Source: an uncultured Gemmatimonadota bacterium (GTDB lineage: Bacteria; Gemmatimonadota; Gemmatimonadetes; Palauibacterales; KS3-K002). From it: a stretch of 46,355 nucleotides of DNA. The notes under the pieces were generated by a model. That model saw nothing but the letters and a program-made list of their open reading frames with translations. It was not told the origin of the DNA and did not search any database. The stretch covers positions 1 through 46,355 of the forward strand of contig CAYFXF010000005.1 of NCBI GenBank assembly GCA_964347085.1, in the 5' to 3' direction. Position numbers and translations under genes: made by a program. Positions 19,267 through 27,618 of the stretch are shown here, piece after piece; within the stretch, counting starts at the first letter, position 1, and each line of letters starts with the position of its first letter.

Positions 19267-20432
19267 GCGAACTGACCGGCGCCGCGCGCCCCGCACCGGC
19301 AGGTGCGTCGGCCGGTGCCTTCCGGGTCGAGGCGCGCGACGGACGCGCCCGGGCGGGCACCTGGCGCCTCGCCCACGGTGCTGTGCGGACACCTGCCTTC
19401 ATGCCCGTCGGCACGCAGGGAACGGTCAAGGGCGTGTCGCCGGAGGAGTTGGAGGCGTTGGGCGCCGAGATCGTGCTGGCCAACGCCTACCACCTGTACT
19501 TGCGCCCCGGCTACGAGGTGGTGCGGCAGTTGGGCGGCCTGCATCAGTTCATGGATTGGCAGAAGCCGATTCTAACGGATTCGGGTGGCTACCAGGTGTT
19601 TTCCCTTGCCAACATCAACCGGATAACCGATGAGGGCGTCTGGTTCCAGAGTCACATCGACGGCTCGCGGCACTTCATCACGCCTGAACTCGTCGTAGAG
19701 ATCGAGCGGGCGTTGGGCGCCGACGTAATCATGGCGCTGGATGAGTGTCCACCAGGAGATGCGGACTGGGGGGCCGCGTCGCGCGCCGTCGAACGGACAC
19801 AGCGGTGGCTGGAACGCTGTGCCGAACGCTTCGCGGGGCTGTCCGGCGACGCACCGTCCCAGCTGCTGCTGCCCGTCTTGCAGGGGGGCACACATATCGA
19901 CCTGCGGCTCGAGTCTCTGGCCGGGGCGCGTAGCTTGGGCGCCTGGCCGGGTTTCGGGATCGGTGGCCTGTCGGTGGGCGAGCCGAAAGAGCTTACCTAC
20001 GAGGTGTTAGACCGGCTGTCACCCCAGTTGCCGGAGGATGGCGTCCGCTATCTCATGGGCGTCGGGTACCCGGCCGATCTCTTGCAGGCGATTCGCCTGG
20101 GTTACGACCTGTTCGATTGCGTGGCGCCAACGCGCAACGGGAGGAACGGGACCGCGTTTACCTCGGAGGGGCCGGTGAACGTGAAGCTCGCCGCTTGGCG
20201 AGACGATCGCTCGCCGATCGAGCCCGGCTGCGCTTGCTGGTCCTGCCGTCGCTATAGCCGCGCTTATGTTCGGCATCTGTTCGTGGCGGATGAGCTGTTG
20301 GGTTTGAGGGTGCTTTCGATCCACAACCTCTACTTCTTAACCGACCTCATGAAGCAGGCACGATTGGCCGTCTGCGAGGGGCGCTACGCGGGCTGGGCGG
20401 ACGGCTGGCTTGCGGGTTACGGACGCAGCTAG
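19263..20432 (+). CDS. tgt: tRNA guanosine(34) transglycosylase Tgt
   Basis: FMPVGTQGTVKG, LTDSGGYQVFSL, and zinc site CxC..C..Y..AY.RHL. ATGA overlap with queA. Confidence 0.92.
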   Translation: MSELTGAARPAPAGASAGAFRVEARDGRARAGTWRLAHGAVRTPAFMPVGTQGTVKGVSPEELEALGAEIVLANAYHLYLRPGYEVVRQLGGLHQFMDWQKPILTDSGGYQVFSLANINRITDEGVWFQSHIDGSRHFITPELVVEIERALGADVIMALDECPPGDADWGAASRAVERTQRWLERCAERFAGLSGDAPSQLLLPVLQGGTHIDLRLESLAGARSLGAWPGFGIGGLSVGEPKELTYEVLDRLSPQLPEDGVRYLMGVGYPADLLQAIRLGYDLFDCVAPTRNGRNGTAFTSEGPVNVKLAAWRDDRSPIEPGCACWSCRRYSRAYVRHLFVADELLGLRVLSIHNLYFLTDLMKQARLAVCEGRYAGWADGWLAGYGRS

Positions 20433-20448
20433 GAGAGAGGAAAAGTCA

Positions 20449-20766
20449 GTGCTTACACTCGTGTTCGTACCGGCCGATCAAGGCGGGGGTGGTGCATTCG
20501 GCACCGTTATCATGCTGGTCGCGTTCGTCGGCATCTTCTACTTCTTGCTTATCCGGCCGCAGCGACAGCAGCAGAAGCGGCATCAGGAAATGGTCAAGGG
20601 CTTGAAGCGAGGCGACGACGTGGCCACCGTCGGGGGGATCGTCGGCAAGATCGTGCACATGAAGGACGACCGCATCACGATCAAGACGGCAGAAGAAACC
20701 AGACTGGTCGTCGAGCGCGACAAGATCGCCCGCAAGCTCGCCGGGTCGGCGGAGGAGGAGTCATAG
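20449..20766 (+). CDS. yajC: Preprotein translocase subunit YajC
   Basis: TM helix followed by IRPQRQQQKRHQEMVKGLKRGDDVATVGGIVGKIV. GTG 20449 is preceded by AGGAGAGAGG. Confidence 0.85.
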   Translation: MLTLVFVPADQGGGGAFGTVIMLVAFVGIFYFLLIRPQRQQQKRHQEMVKGLKRGDDVATVGGIVGKIVHMKDDRITIKTAEETRLVVERDKIARKLAGSAEEES

Positions 20767-20768
20767 GC

Positions 20769-21272
20769 ATCCTGGAGATCAGAACCCTGGGCGACCCGAT
20801 ATTGAGTCAGCCGGCTGAGGAGGTCCGGGGTTTCGACGACGACCTGCGTAAGCTCGCCGACGACATGTTTGACACCATGTACGAAGCCGACGGGATCGGG
20901 CTCGCGGCGCCCCAGGTCGGCGTGTCCAAGCGCCTTTTCGTCATGGACGTCCGGGAGCCGGATGCGGAGGCTGCCGCAGTCGTCAATCCGGTGATCGTCG
21001 AGCGGTCGGGCAGCGAGCGGGGAGAGGAGGGATGCCTGTCGTTGCCCGGTCTGGTGGGCGTCGTCGAGCGTGCCACACGAATCGTCATGGAGGGGCAAGA
21101 CCTGGATGGCCGGCCGCTGCGGATTGAAGCCTCGAATCTGGTCGCGCGCTGCGTGTTGCACGAGATCGACCATCTTGACGGCGTCCTCTTCATCGACCGA
21201 GTGTCGCCGATCAGTCGTAAGATGCTCATCAATAAGTGGAAGAAGCTGCGCAAGGAGGGCGCGCGGCGGTGA
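20769..21272 (+). CDS. def: Peptide deformylase
   Basis: Motifs GIGLAAPQVG, EGCLSLPG and HEIDHLDG. The first canonical start is TTG 20802. The conserved N-terminal strand ILEIRTLGDPIL is encoded upstream of it, in frame. Proposed start is ATC 20769, 8 nt after GGAGGAGGAG. See findings. Confidence 0.85.
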   Translation: MLEIRTLGDPILSQPAEEVRGFDDDLRKLADDMFDTMYEADGIGLAAPQVGVSKRLFVMDVREPDAEAAAVVNPVIVERSGSERGEEGCLSLPGLVGVVERATRIVMEGQDLDGRPLRIEASNLVARCVLHEIDHLDGVLFIDRVSPISRKMLINKWKKLRKEGARR

Positions 21273-22201
21273 AGATCGTCTTCTGGGGGACCCCCGAGTT
21301 CGCACAGACGATCTTACGGGGCCTCCTGGAAACGGGGCGCTTGGTGGTCGGAGCGGTGACCCAGCCCGACAGGCCGGCCGGGCGAGGCCGCAAGTTGCGG
21401 CCACCACCTGTGAAGCTTGCCGCCCTGCAGGCGGGGATTCCGGTCCTGCAGCCGGAGAGGCCGCGCGGCGCCGAGTTCATGCAGGCGCTGCAGGCGCTGG
21501 GCCCGGACATCTCGATCGTCGCCGCGTACGGCCACATCCTCCGTCCCGAGGTTCTCGAACTGCCGCCCCTCGGATCGTTCAACGTGCATGCCTCGCTGCT
21601 GCCTGAACTGCGTGGCGCGGCGCCGATCAATTGGGCGATCATCCGGGGCTATCGCCAGACTGGCGTGACGATCATGCGCATGGTCGAGAAGATGGACGCG
21701 GGTCCGATGATCAGACGGGTGCCCTGTGAGCTTTCGGCGGAAGTCGACGCAGGAACCCTCACGGGCCAGCTAGCGGAGCTCGGGGCCCGAGCGCTGCTCG
21801 AGGCGTTGACGTTGATCGAGAGCGGCCGCGCCCTGGAGGAGCCGCAGGCCGAGGAGGCGGCGACCTACGCTCCCAAGCTCAACGCGGACGATGTGCGGAT
21901 CGCCTGGTCGAAGCCGGCGGACGAACTGGGTCGTTGGCTTCGCGGCTGCGATCCGACGCCGGGAGCCTGGTCCGAGGTCGGTGGCCTGCGAGTGCGCCTG
22001 TTCCGGCCGCAGGTGCTGGAGGAGGCGACGGGAGCCCCGCCGGGGGTTGTCACGGTCGCTGATCCGCGGCTAGGGCTCAGAGTCGCGACCGGCTCCGGCG
22101 AGCTGGGGATCGCTGAGGTCCAGCCAGCGGGCAAGCGCCGGATGGAGGCAGCCGAGTGGGTACGGGGTCGCGGAATCGCGGTGGGCCAGCAGTTCTGTTG
22201 A
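21269..22201 (+). CDS. fmt: Methionyl-tRNA formyltransferase
   Basis: KIVFWGTPEFA, QPDRPAGRGRKL and HASLLPELRGAAPINWAI. GTGA overlap with def. Confidence 0.9.
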   Translation: MKIVFWGTPEFAQTILRGLLETGRLVVGAVTQPDRPAGRGRKLRPPPVKLAALQAGIPVLQPERPRGAEFMQALQALGPDISIVAAYGHILRPEVLELPPLGSFNVHASLLPELRGAAPINWAIIRGYRQTGVTIMRMVEKMDAGPMIRRVPCELSAEVDAGTLTGQLAELGARALLEALTLIESGRALEEPQAEEAATYAPKLNADDVRIAWSKPADELGRWLRGCDPTPGAWSEVGGLRVRLFRPQVLEEATGAPPGVVTVADPRLGLRVATGSGELGIAEVQPAGKRRMEAAEWVRGRGIAVGQQFC

Positions 22202-22902
22202 CCCGACGGCTGCCGCGGCTCTTCCTCGTGACGAGCGACGAGGTCGTCGCGGACCCCGAGTTCCCCGAACACGCGGCCCGAGCCCTCGCGGTCGGCGGCT
22301 CCGCGTGCGCGCTGCAGCTCCGCGCTCGCGAGCTGCCGGGTCGGCGCTTCTACGATCTGGCCGGGGAGTTGCGGGTTGCCGCGACGCGCAGCGGTGCGAG
22401 TCTCTGGATCAACGATCGGGTCGACGTGGCGTTGATCGTCCGCGCGGACGGCGTTCAGCTGGGCTCGTCGGGCCTGCCGACCTCAAGCGCTCGGGCACTC
22501 GTGGGTCGGAGTTGCTGGATCGGTCGCTCGGTACACAGCCCGGACGAAGCCGCGGCCGCCGTGCGGGAAGGTGCAGATGTGGCACTTCTCGGCAACGTCT
22601 ACGCCACTTCGTCGCACCCGGACCGGGCACCCTTGGGCCTGCCCGCCGTGCGAGAGGCGGCGGCGGGCGGGCGACCGATCGTAGCGATCGGGGGTATTAC
22701 CCCCACACGAGTAACAGAGGTAATCAGGGCGGGCGCTTGGGGCGTGGCGGCCCTGACCGCGGTGTGGGGAGCCGAGGACCTGGAGGGCGAGGTGCGGCGG
22801 TTCCTGGCTGCGTTGGAGGAGCCGGCGCCGTCGGGACGAGCCGTTGAACTCGGGGCGCAATGGGTCAAGAATCAAGGGAAGAAACGGTTAGGATCACCCT
22901 GA
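22198..22902 (+). CDS. thiE: Thiamine-phosphate synthase
   Basis: LFLVTSD..., INDRVDVALIVRADGVQLG, and AIGGITPTRVTEVIRAGAWGVA. The TTG start overlaps the fmt stop (TTGA); the start is not certain. Confidence 0.8.
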   Translation: MTRRLPRLFLVTSDEVVADPEFPEHAARALAVGGSACALQLRARELPGRRFYDLAGELRVAATRSGASLWINDRVDVALIVRADGVQLGSSGLPTSSARALVGRSCWIGRSVHSPDEAAAAVREGADVALLGNVYATSSHPDRAPLGLPAVREAAAGGRPIVAIGGITPTRVTEVIRAGAWGVAALTAVWGAEDLEGEVRRFLAALEEPAPSGRAVELGAQWVKNQGKKRLGSP

Positions 22903-23087
22903 ACGGCGAGGAGCGAGGGGTCCCCTCGGGTTTGACGGTCCGCGGACTCCTGGCCTATCTCGATCTGCACGAGCAGCTAGTGGTCGTGGAGCGGAACCGG
23001 GAGATTCTGCGCCGGAGCGACTACGGTGAGGTGAGCGTCATGGCGGATGACACGATAGAGCTTGTGCACTTCGTGGGTGGTGGCTGA
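22860..23087 (+). CDS. thiS: Sulfur carrier protein ThiS
   Basis: 75 aa with ITLNGEE and a C-terminal GG directly before the stop. Located between thiE and thiG. Confidence 0.8.
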   Translation: MGQESREETVRITLNGEERGVPSGLTVRGLLAYLDLHEQLVVVERNREILRRSDYGEVSVMADDTIELVHFVGGG

Positions 23088-23150
23088 CCGAACGAGTGAG
23101 CACCAGCGCTGAAGCGTGGTCCGCACAGTGAAAGGTGCGAATCGATTACC

Positions 23151-23948
23151 GTGGCTGTTGAGAAGCTCGACGTGCCTGACCAACCACTGAAGATCGCGGG
23201 CCGGACTTTCCGGTCGCGACTCATTCTGGGTACAGGCAAATATCAGAACAACGAGACGATGGTGAAGGCGATCACGGCCTCAGGCACGGAGGTCGTCACC
23301 GTAGCCGTCCGCCGGGTCGATCTGGACCGCACCAAAGAGGAAGGCATCCTGTTTCATCTCGACAAAGAGAAGTGGTTGCTGTTACCGAACACGGCGGGCT
23401 GCTACACAGCGGACGAGGCGATTCGCTACGCGCGGTTGGCGCGCGCGGCTGGTTTTACCGACTGGATCAAGCTGGAGGTCATCGGCGATCGCGAGACGCT
23501 GTTGCCCGACGTCGAAGACCTGCTGCAGGCGGCGCGCACGCTGGTCGCCGAGGGCTTTACCGTCCTCGCCTACACCAACGAGGATCTGATTACGGCGCTC
23601 AAGCTCGAGGAAGCCGGCGTAGCGGCTGTCATGCCCCTCGCCTCGCCGATCGGCAGCGGGCTGGGCCTGCTCCACCCGTACCATATCCGCCTGATCAAGA
23701 GTCGCATCCGTGTTCCGGTGATCGTCGACGCCGGTGTGGGCACAGCATCAGACGCCTGCGTCACCATGGAGCAGGGGGTCGACGGGATCCTCATGAATAC
23801 GGCCATTGCGGAGGCCCATCATCCGGTCCGCATGGCGCTGGCGATGAAGCAGGCGACCGAGGCTGGCCGCCTGGCGTACCTCGCGGGCCGGATGCCCAAG
23901 CGCGAGTTGGCGGCGCCCTCGAGTCCCATAACGGGCATGCTCGACTGA
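23151..23948 (+). CDS. thiG: Thiazole synthase ThiG
   Basis: LKIAGRTFRSRLILGTGKY, IKLEVIGD, MPLASPIGSGLG, and VIVDAGVGTASDA. Confidence 0.92.
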   Translation: MAVEKLDVPDQPLKIAGRTFRSRLILGTGKYQNNETMVKAITASGTEVVTVAVRRVDLDRTKEEGILFHLDKEKWLLLPNTAGCYTADEAIRYARLARAAGFTDWIKLEVIGDRETLLPDVEDLLQAARTLVAEGFTVLAYTNEDLITALKLEEAGVAAVMPLASPIGSGLGLLHPYHIRLIKSRIRVPVIVDAGVGTASDACVTMEQGVDGILMNTAIAEAHHPVRMALAMKQATEAGRLAYLAGRMPKRELAAPSSPITGMLD

Positions 23949-23998
23949 AACGCGCTCCGATTCGCTCTACCAGGATCGCTCCGGCTCGGGAAGCGGCG

Positions 23999-25276
23999 AT
24001 GGAGATCCTCCGCGCCGTGCGGCGCGGTCATTTCGCCGACCGGGCGTTCGAACGTGTGGCCGGCGGCCTGGGCGAGGCGGACCGCCGACTGGCCCAGGAG
24101 CTCGCCTACGGCGTCCTGCGTCTGCGAGGTCGGCTCGATCACGTCCTCGGATCCCTGGTCCGCGGCGGAACCGACCGGCTCGAGCCCGACGTGCTGGACG
24201 CGCTGCGGCTCGGGTCTTACCAGCTGCTCGAGCTCGAGCGGGTGCCCGCGTACGCGGCTGTCTCAGACGCGGTGGAGCTGGCCAAACGGGCAGCGGGGCC
24301 GGGCGCGGCGGCGCTTGCCAATGCCGTGCTGCGGCGGTTGAGCGAGGCGACCTACGCCGCCTTCGAGTTTCCTCAGCTTGGGCGGGAGCCGCTGGACCAC
24401 CTGGCGACCTGGGGCTCCCACCCCCGCTGGCTGCTGGAGCGTTGGCTCGCTCGTTGGCCGCCGGACGAGGTGGCGCGGCTGGTTCAGCACGACAATTCGC
24501 GGCCGGCGGTGTACCTTAGCGTGGTCAGCGAGCGAGATAATGCGGTCCGTCGCCTAAGTGCGGCTGGCCTCGCGGCCGAGCCCGTGGCGTGGTCGGCGAC
24601 CTCGCTCCGTGTCGGCGGTGCTGACCTGGCGCGAGCGCTGGAGCGGGTAGAGGCCGTGGTGCAGGACCCCGGCGCGGCCGCGGTGGTCGACTACATGGCC
24701 CACGAACCGGGCGTCCCGCTGGTCGACTTCTGCGCAGCACCGGGTGGAAAGGCGGCGCTGATCGCGGCGCGGGGAGGTGAGGTCTGGGCGTTTGATGTGT
24801 CGCGGCAGCGGCTTGCCCGCCTGGTCGAGACTCGGGCGAGGCTCGGGCTCTCGCGCCTGCGGCTGGCCGTGGCCGACGCACGAGAGCCGCCCGTCAGCCG
24901 GATCGGCGCCGCACTGCTGGACGTCCCTTGCAGTGGAACCGGTACGCTCGGGCGGCACCCGGATGCGCGTTGGCGTTTGGCGCCCGGCGAGCTGGAGCAG
25001 CTTGCCCAGGTGCAGCGGCGGATGTTGGATGCAGTGGCGGACCGCATCGTACCGGGCGGTCAGCTGATCTACGCCACGTGCTCGCTCGAGCCGGAAGAGA
25101 ACGAAGAGCAGATCGAGCGTTTTCTGGCGACGCGCGAAGACTACGACTGGGATCCGCCGCCACCGGGTGCGGTTGCGGCCGACCTGCTGGACGATGCTGG
25201 GGCACTACGCGTCGAACCTCAGAGGCACGGCGTAGATGGAAGCTACGCGGCCCGACTCCGGCGCCGGTCGCTCTGA
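23999..25276 (+). CDS. rsmB: 16S rRNA (cytosine967-C5)-methyltransferase RsmB/Sun
   Basis: NusB-like N-terminal domain. SAM-MTase motifs (DFCAAPGGKA, LLDVPCSGTGTLGRHPD, YATCSLEPEENE). The ORF-track start at 23372 runs out of frame through thiG. ATG 23999 is the first canonical start after thiG; the true start may be slightly upstream (see findings). Confidence 0.85.
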   Translation: MEILRAVRRGHFADRAFERVAGGLGEADRRLAQELAYGVLRLRGRLDHVLGSLVRGGTDRLEPDVLDALRLGSYQLLELERVPAYAAVSDAVELAKRAAGPGAAALANAVLRRLSEATYAAFEFPQLGREPLDHLATWGSHPRWLLERWLARWPPDEVARLVQHDNSRPAVYLSVVSERDNAVRRLSAAGLAAEPVAWSATSLRVGGADLARALERVEAVVQDPGAAAVVDYMAHEPGVPLVDFCAAPGGKAALIAARGGEVWAFDVSRQRLARLVETRARLGLSRLRLAVADAREPPVSRIGAALLDVPCSGTGTLGRHPDARWRLAPGELEQLAQVQRRMLDAVADRIVPGGQLIYATCSLEPEENEEQIERFLATREDYDWDPPPPGAVAADLLDDAGALRVEPQRHGVDGSYAARLRRRSL

Positions 25277-25277
25277 G

Positions 25278-26048
25278 ATGGCCGCTGAGGGCGAAAGCCT
25301 TGGGGCGCGTCTAGGGCGGTCGCCGCTCGTGCGCAGGGCCGGGCTGGCGATTGGGCTCCCGATCGTGGGTCTCGCGGCGGGATACTTGATCTCCCTGATC
25401 GTGATCTTTCCGCCTCAGGACGCGGGCGCAGGCCTGACTCGGGTGCCGGACGTCGTCGGCCAGACCTCAGACGCGGCTCGCGAAGCCCTGGAACGCGCCG
25501 GTCTGGTTTACGAGGAGTCGGCGGGCTTTCACCATCCTGCGCCGGAGAGTACCGTGGTCGCACAGGAACCGCTGGCAGGACAGTTGGCGCGGCCCGGTTC
25601 GAGCGTTGGGGTCGCCCTCAGCCGCGGACCGCGGCTGGCTTCGGTGCCCAATGTTGTGGGTCTGCGAAGCGAGCAGGCGGAGGTTGTGCTGCAACGCGCG
25701 GGATATGCCAGCGAGCTGGTCTGGGTGGATGCGGCGGCGGATGTGGGGCAGGTGGTGGACGTCGAACCCGCGCCGGGCACACCGCTGGCAGCCCCAGCCG
25801 AGGTCCGCTTGATGGTGAGCGCCGGTCCGGCGACTGTACGGGTTCCGAGCCTAGTCACGCGCTCCCTGGCGGAGGCTGAGGCAACGCTGGAGCGTCTGGG
25901 GCTGCGGCTCGGCAGGGTGCGGAGCGACTCGACCTCACTCGCCGCTCCCGGCACCGTGCTCGCCCAGTCGCCGCCGGAGGGCGCCCGCGTGGCTCGGGGG
26001 GCCCGGGTCGCCGTGACCGTGGCGGCCGAACTCGCGCCGGGCGGTTGA
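25278..26048 (+). CDS. Membrane-anchored PASTA-domain protein (three PASTA repeats, no kinase or PBP domain)
   Basis: N-terminal TM helix followed by three repeats of the VP(D/N/S)(V/L)VG...A...L...GL type. Confidence 0.8.
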   Translation: MAAEGESLGARLGRSPLVRRAGLAIGLPIVGLAAGYLISLIVIFPPQDAGAGLTRVPDVVGQTSDAAREALERAGLVYEESAGFHHPAPESTVVAQEPLAGQLARPGSSVGVALSRGPRLASVPNVVGLRSEQAEVVLQRAGYASELVWVDAAADVGQVVDVEPAPGTPLAAPAEVRLMVSAGPATVRVPSLVTRSLAEAEATLERLGLRLGRVRSDSTSLAAPGTVLAQSPPEGARVARGARVAVTVAAELAPGG

Positions 26049-26074
26049 GCGGGTCGCGGGTCGAGAGGTAGGGG

Positions 26075-26623
26075 ATGAGCGAACGAAGAGGTCGCAACCT
26101 GAAGGTCGTCGGCGGTTTGGCCTTGGCCGCTGGCCTGCTCGGCACGCTAACCCTCAGCGGAGCGTTTCGCGGCGGAGCGACCGGTGTGGAAGTCGGCGAC
26201 CACGTGCCGGCTTTCAGCGCTCCGAACCTCAGCGGTGAGCAGGTATCGTTCGCCGACCTCAGGGGACAGGTGGTGCTGGTCAACATCTGGGCGACCTGGT
26301 GTGCCCCCTGTCGTGTCGAGATGCCGCCGATTCAGCGGGCCTACGAGCGGTTTCGCGATCGCGGCTTCAGTGTGCTGGCGGTCAGCATTGACACGGGGCC
26401 TGGCCATCGCGAGGTGGTGGCGCGGTTCGCCGGCGAATATGGGCTCGATTTCCCTCTACTTCTCGATCCCGAGGGTCGCATCACACGCGTGTTGCAGACT
26501 GTGGGCGTGCCGGAGACGTTCGTGCTCGATCGTGAGGGTCGGATCGTCAAGCGACTGATCGGAGCGACCGACTGGGACTCGCCGGGCAATCAGGCGCTGA
26601 TCCAAGAGTTGCTCAGGATGTGA
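26075..26623 (+). CDS. TlpA/ResA-family thiol-disulfide oxidoreductase (thioredoxin fold)
   Basis: Signal anchor, WATWCAPC active site, and VLAVSID. Confidence 0.85.
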   Translation: MSERRGRNLKVVGGLALAAGLLGTLTLSGAFRGGATGVEVGDHVPAFSAPNLSGEQVSFADLRGQVVLVNIWATWCAPCRVEMPPIQRAYERFRDRGFSVLAVSIDTGPGHREVVARFAGEYGLDFPLLLDPEGRITRVLQTVGVPETFVLDREGRIVKRLIGATDWDSPGNQALIQELLRM

Positions 26624-27594
26624 AGATGACCCGCTGGCGTGCGACGTTAAAACGCAATTGGCCGTACATGCTCACGGGGACGCTGATCTCCGTCTTCCTT
26701 TGGGTGGCGGTGAGCGCGGACACAGTGGATGAGCAGACGCTCCCTGCCGATCTGGTCATCATCAATTCGGACCGCCGCTACGTGCTGACCGAGCGCGAGC
26801 CGGCGACGGACGAGATATCGGTCCTGTTCACGGGGCAAGCCGGTGACCTCGCCCTGCTCTCCGTTTCGCGGCCGCAGATCGTCGTACAGATCGACCGAGT
26901 GGACTCCCTGGTTTGGGAAGTTGCACTCAGCCCGGCCATGGTGCGTGGAAGGGGTAACCGCCAGCTCACGGATGTGCGAGCCGTCAGCGTGCGGCCGAAC
27001 CGCTTCCGTCTGCACTTCGAGCCCAGGGCGCAGAAGGTCGTGCGCGTCGTGCCCCGCGTGCGCGTGACCCCGGCCGAGGGCTTCGCACTCGCGGACTCGG
27101 CCCGGGCCGAGCCGGGGGCTATCGCGGTCGAGGGGCCGGAGGAAGCGGTGGCGGGGATCGATTCCGTGCTGACTGTGCCCGTTGTGCGCGAACGCCTACG
27201 CGAGTCGTTGTTCGTTGAGGCACCCCTGCAGCGACCGGAGCCGCGCCGCTTGCTGGAGCTGTCTTCGCTCAGCGTTCGAGTCATCGTTGCGGTCGAGCCG
27301 CGGGTCGAGCGCCTCTTCCCCAGCCTGCAGGTCGCGGTCGCCGGCGTCGACAGCGCGGGCCTCAGCGTCGAGCCACCGACGGTCAGCGTTCGCATCGCTG
27401 GGCCGCGCAGCGCGGTGCGCGCCGTGCGTGTGGAGTCGCTCACGCCCTGGGTAGAGCTGGGTGGGCCGGCCGATCTCGAGAAGGCAGCGCCGATCTGGGT
27501 CCGGGCTCCCAGTCCCCTCGTCAGCGTGACGGTCGAACCCGATTCCGCCGTGGTCCGCGAGGTGGAGACGAGCGCTCAGCCCGGCGGGCGCTGA
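26620..27594 (+). CDS. YbbR-like (CdaR-like) domain-containing protein
   Basis: N-terminal TM (WPYMLTGTLISVFLWVAV) followed by repeated beta-rich segments typical of YbbR repeats. The GTG start overlaps the upstream stop. Confidence 0.6.
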   Translation: MKMTRWRATLKRNWPYMLTGTLISVFLWVAVSADTVDEQTLPADLVIINSDRRYVLTEREPATDEISVLFTGQAGDLALLSVSRPQIVVQIDRVDSLVWEVALSPAMVRGRGNRQLTDVRAVSVRPNRFRLHFEPRAQKVVRVVPRVRVTPAEGFALADSARAEPGAIAVEGPEEAVAGIDSVLTVPVVRERLRESLFVEAPLQRPEPRRLLELSSLSVRVIVAVEPRVERLFPSLQVAVAGVDSAGLSVEPPTVSVRIAGPRSAVRAVRVESLTPWVELGGPADLEKAAPIWVRAPSPLVSVTVEPDSAVVREVETSAQPGGR

Positions 27595-27618
27595 GGGCTC
27601 GAGGCCGCACTCCGTCAG

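Noticed and set aside
22305-22847. 180-aa alternative-frame + strand ORF inside thiE. Similar same-strand overlapping ORFs occur at 229-564, 3124-3579, 4650-5075 and 12111-12638.
   Set aside because: These are out-of-frame shadows within well-supported genes. Their translations are Arg-rich and have no motifs.
23372-23998. 5' part of the 634-aa ORF, which would give RsmB a 200-aa N-terminal extension.
   Set aside because: This part overlaps thiG in another frame and translates to Arg/Gly/Pro-rich sequence without homology. RsmB-like sequence begins only after the thiG stop.
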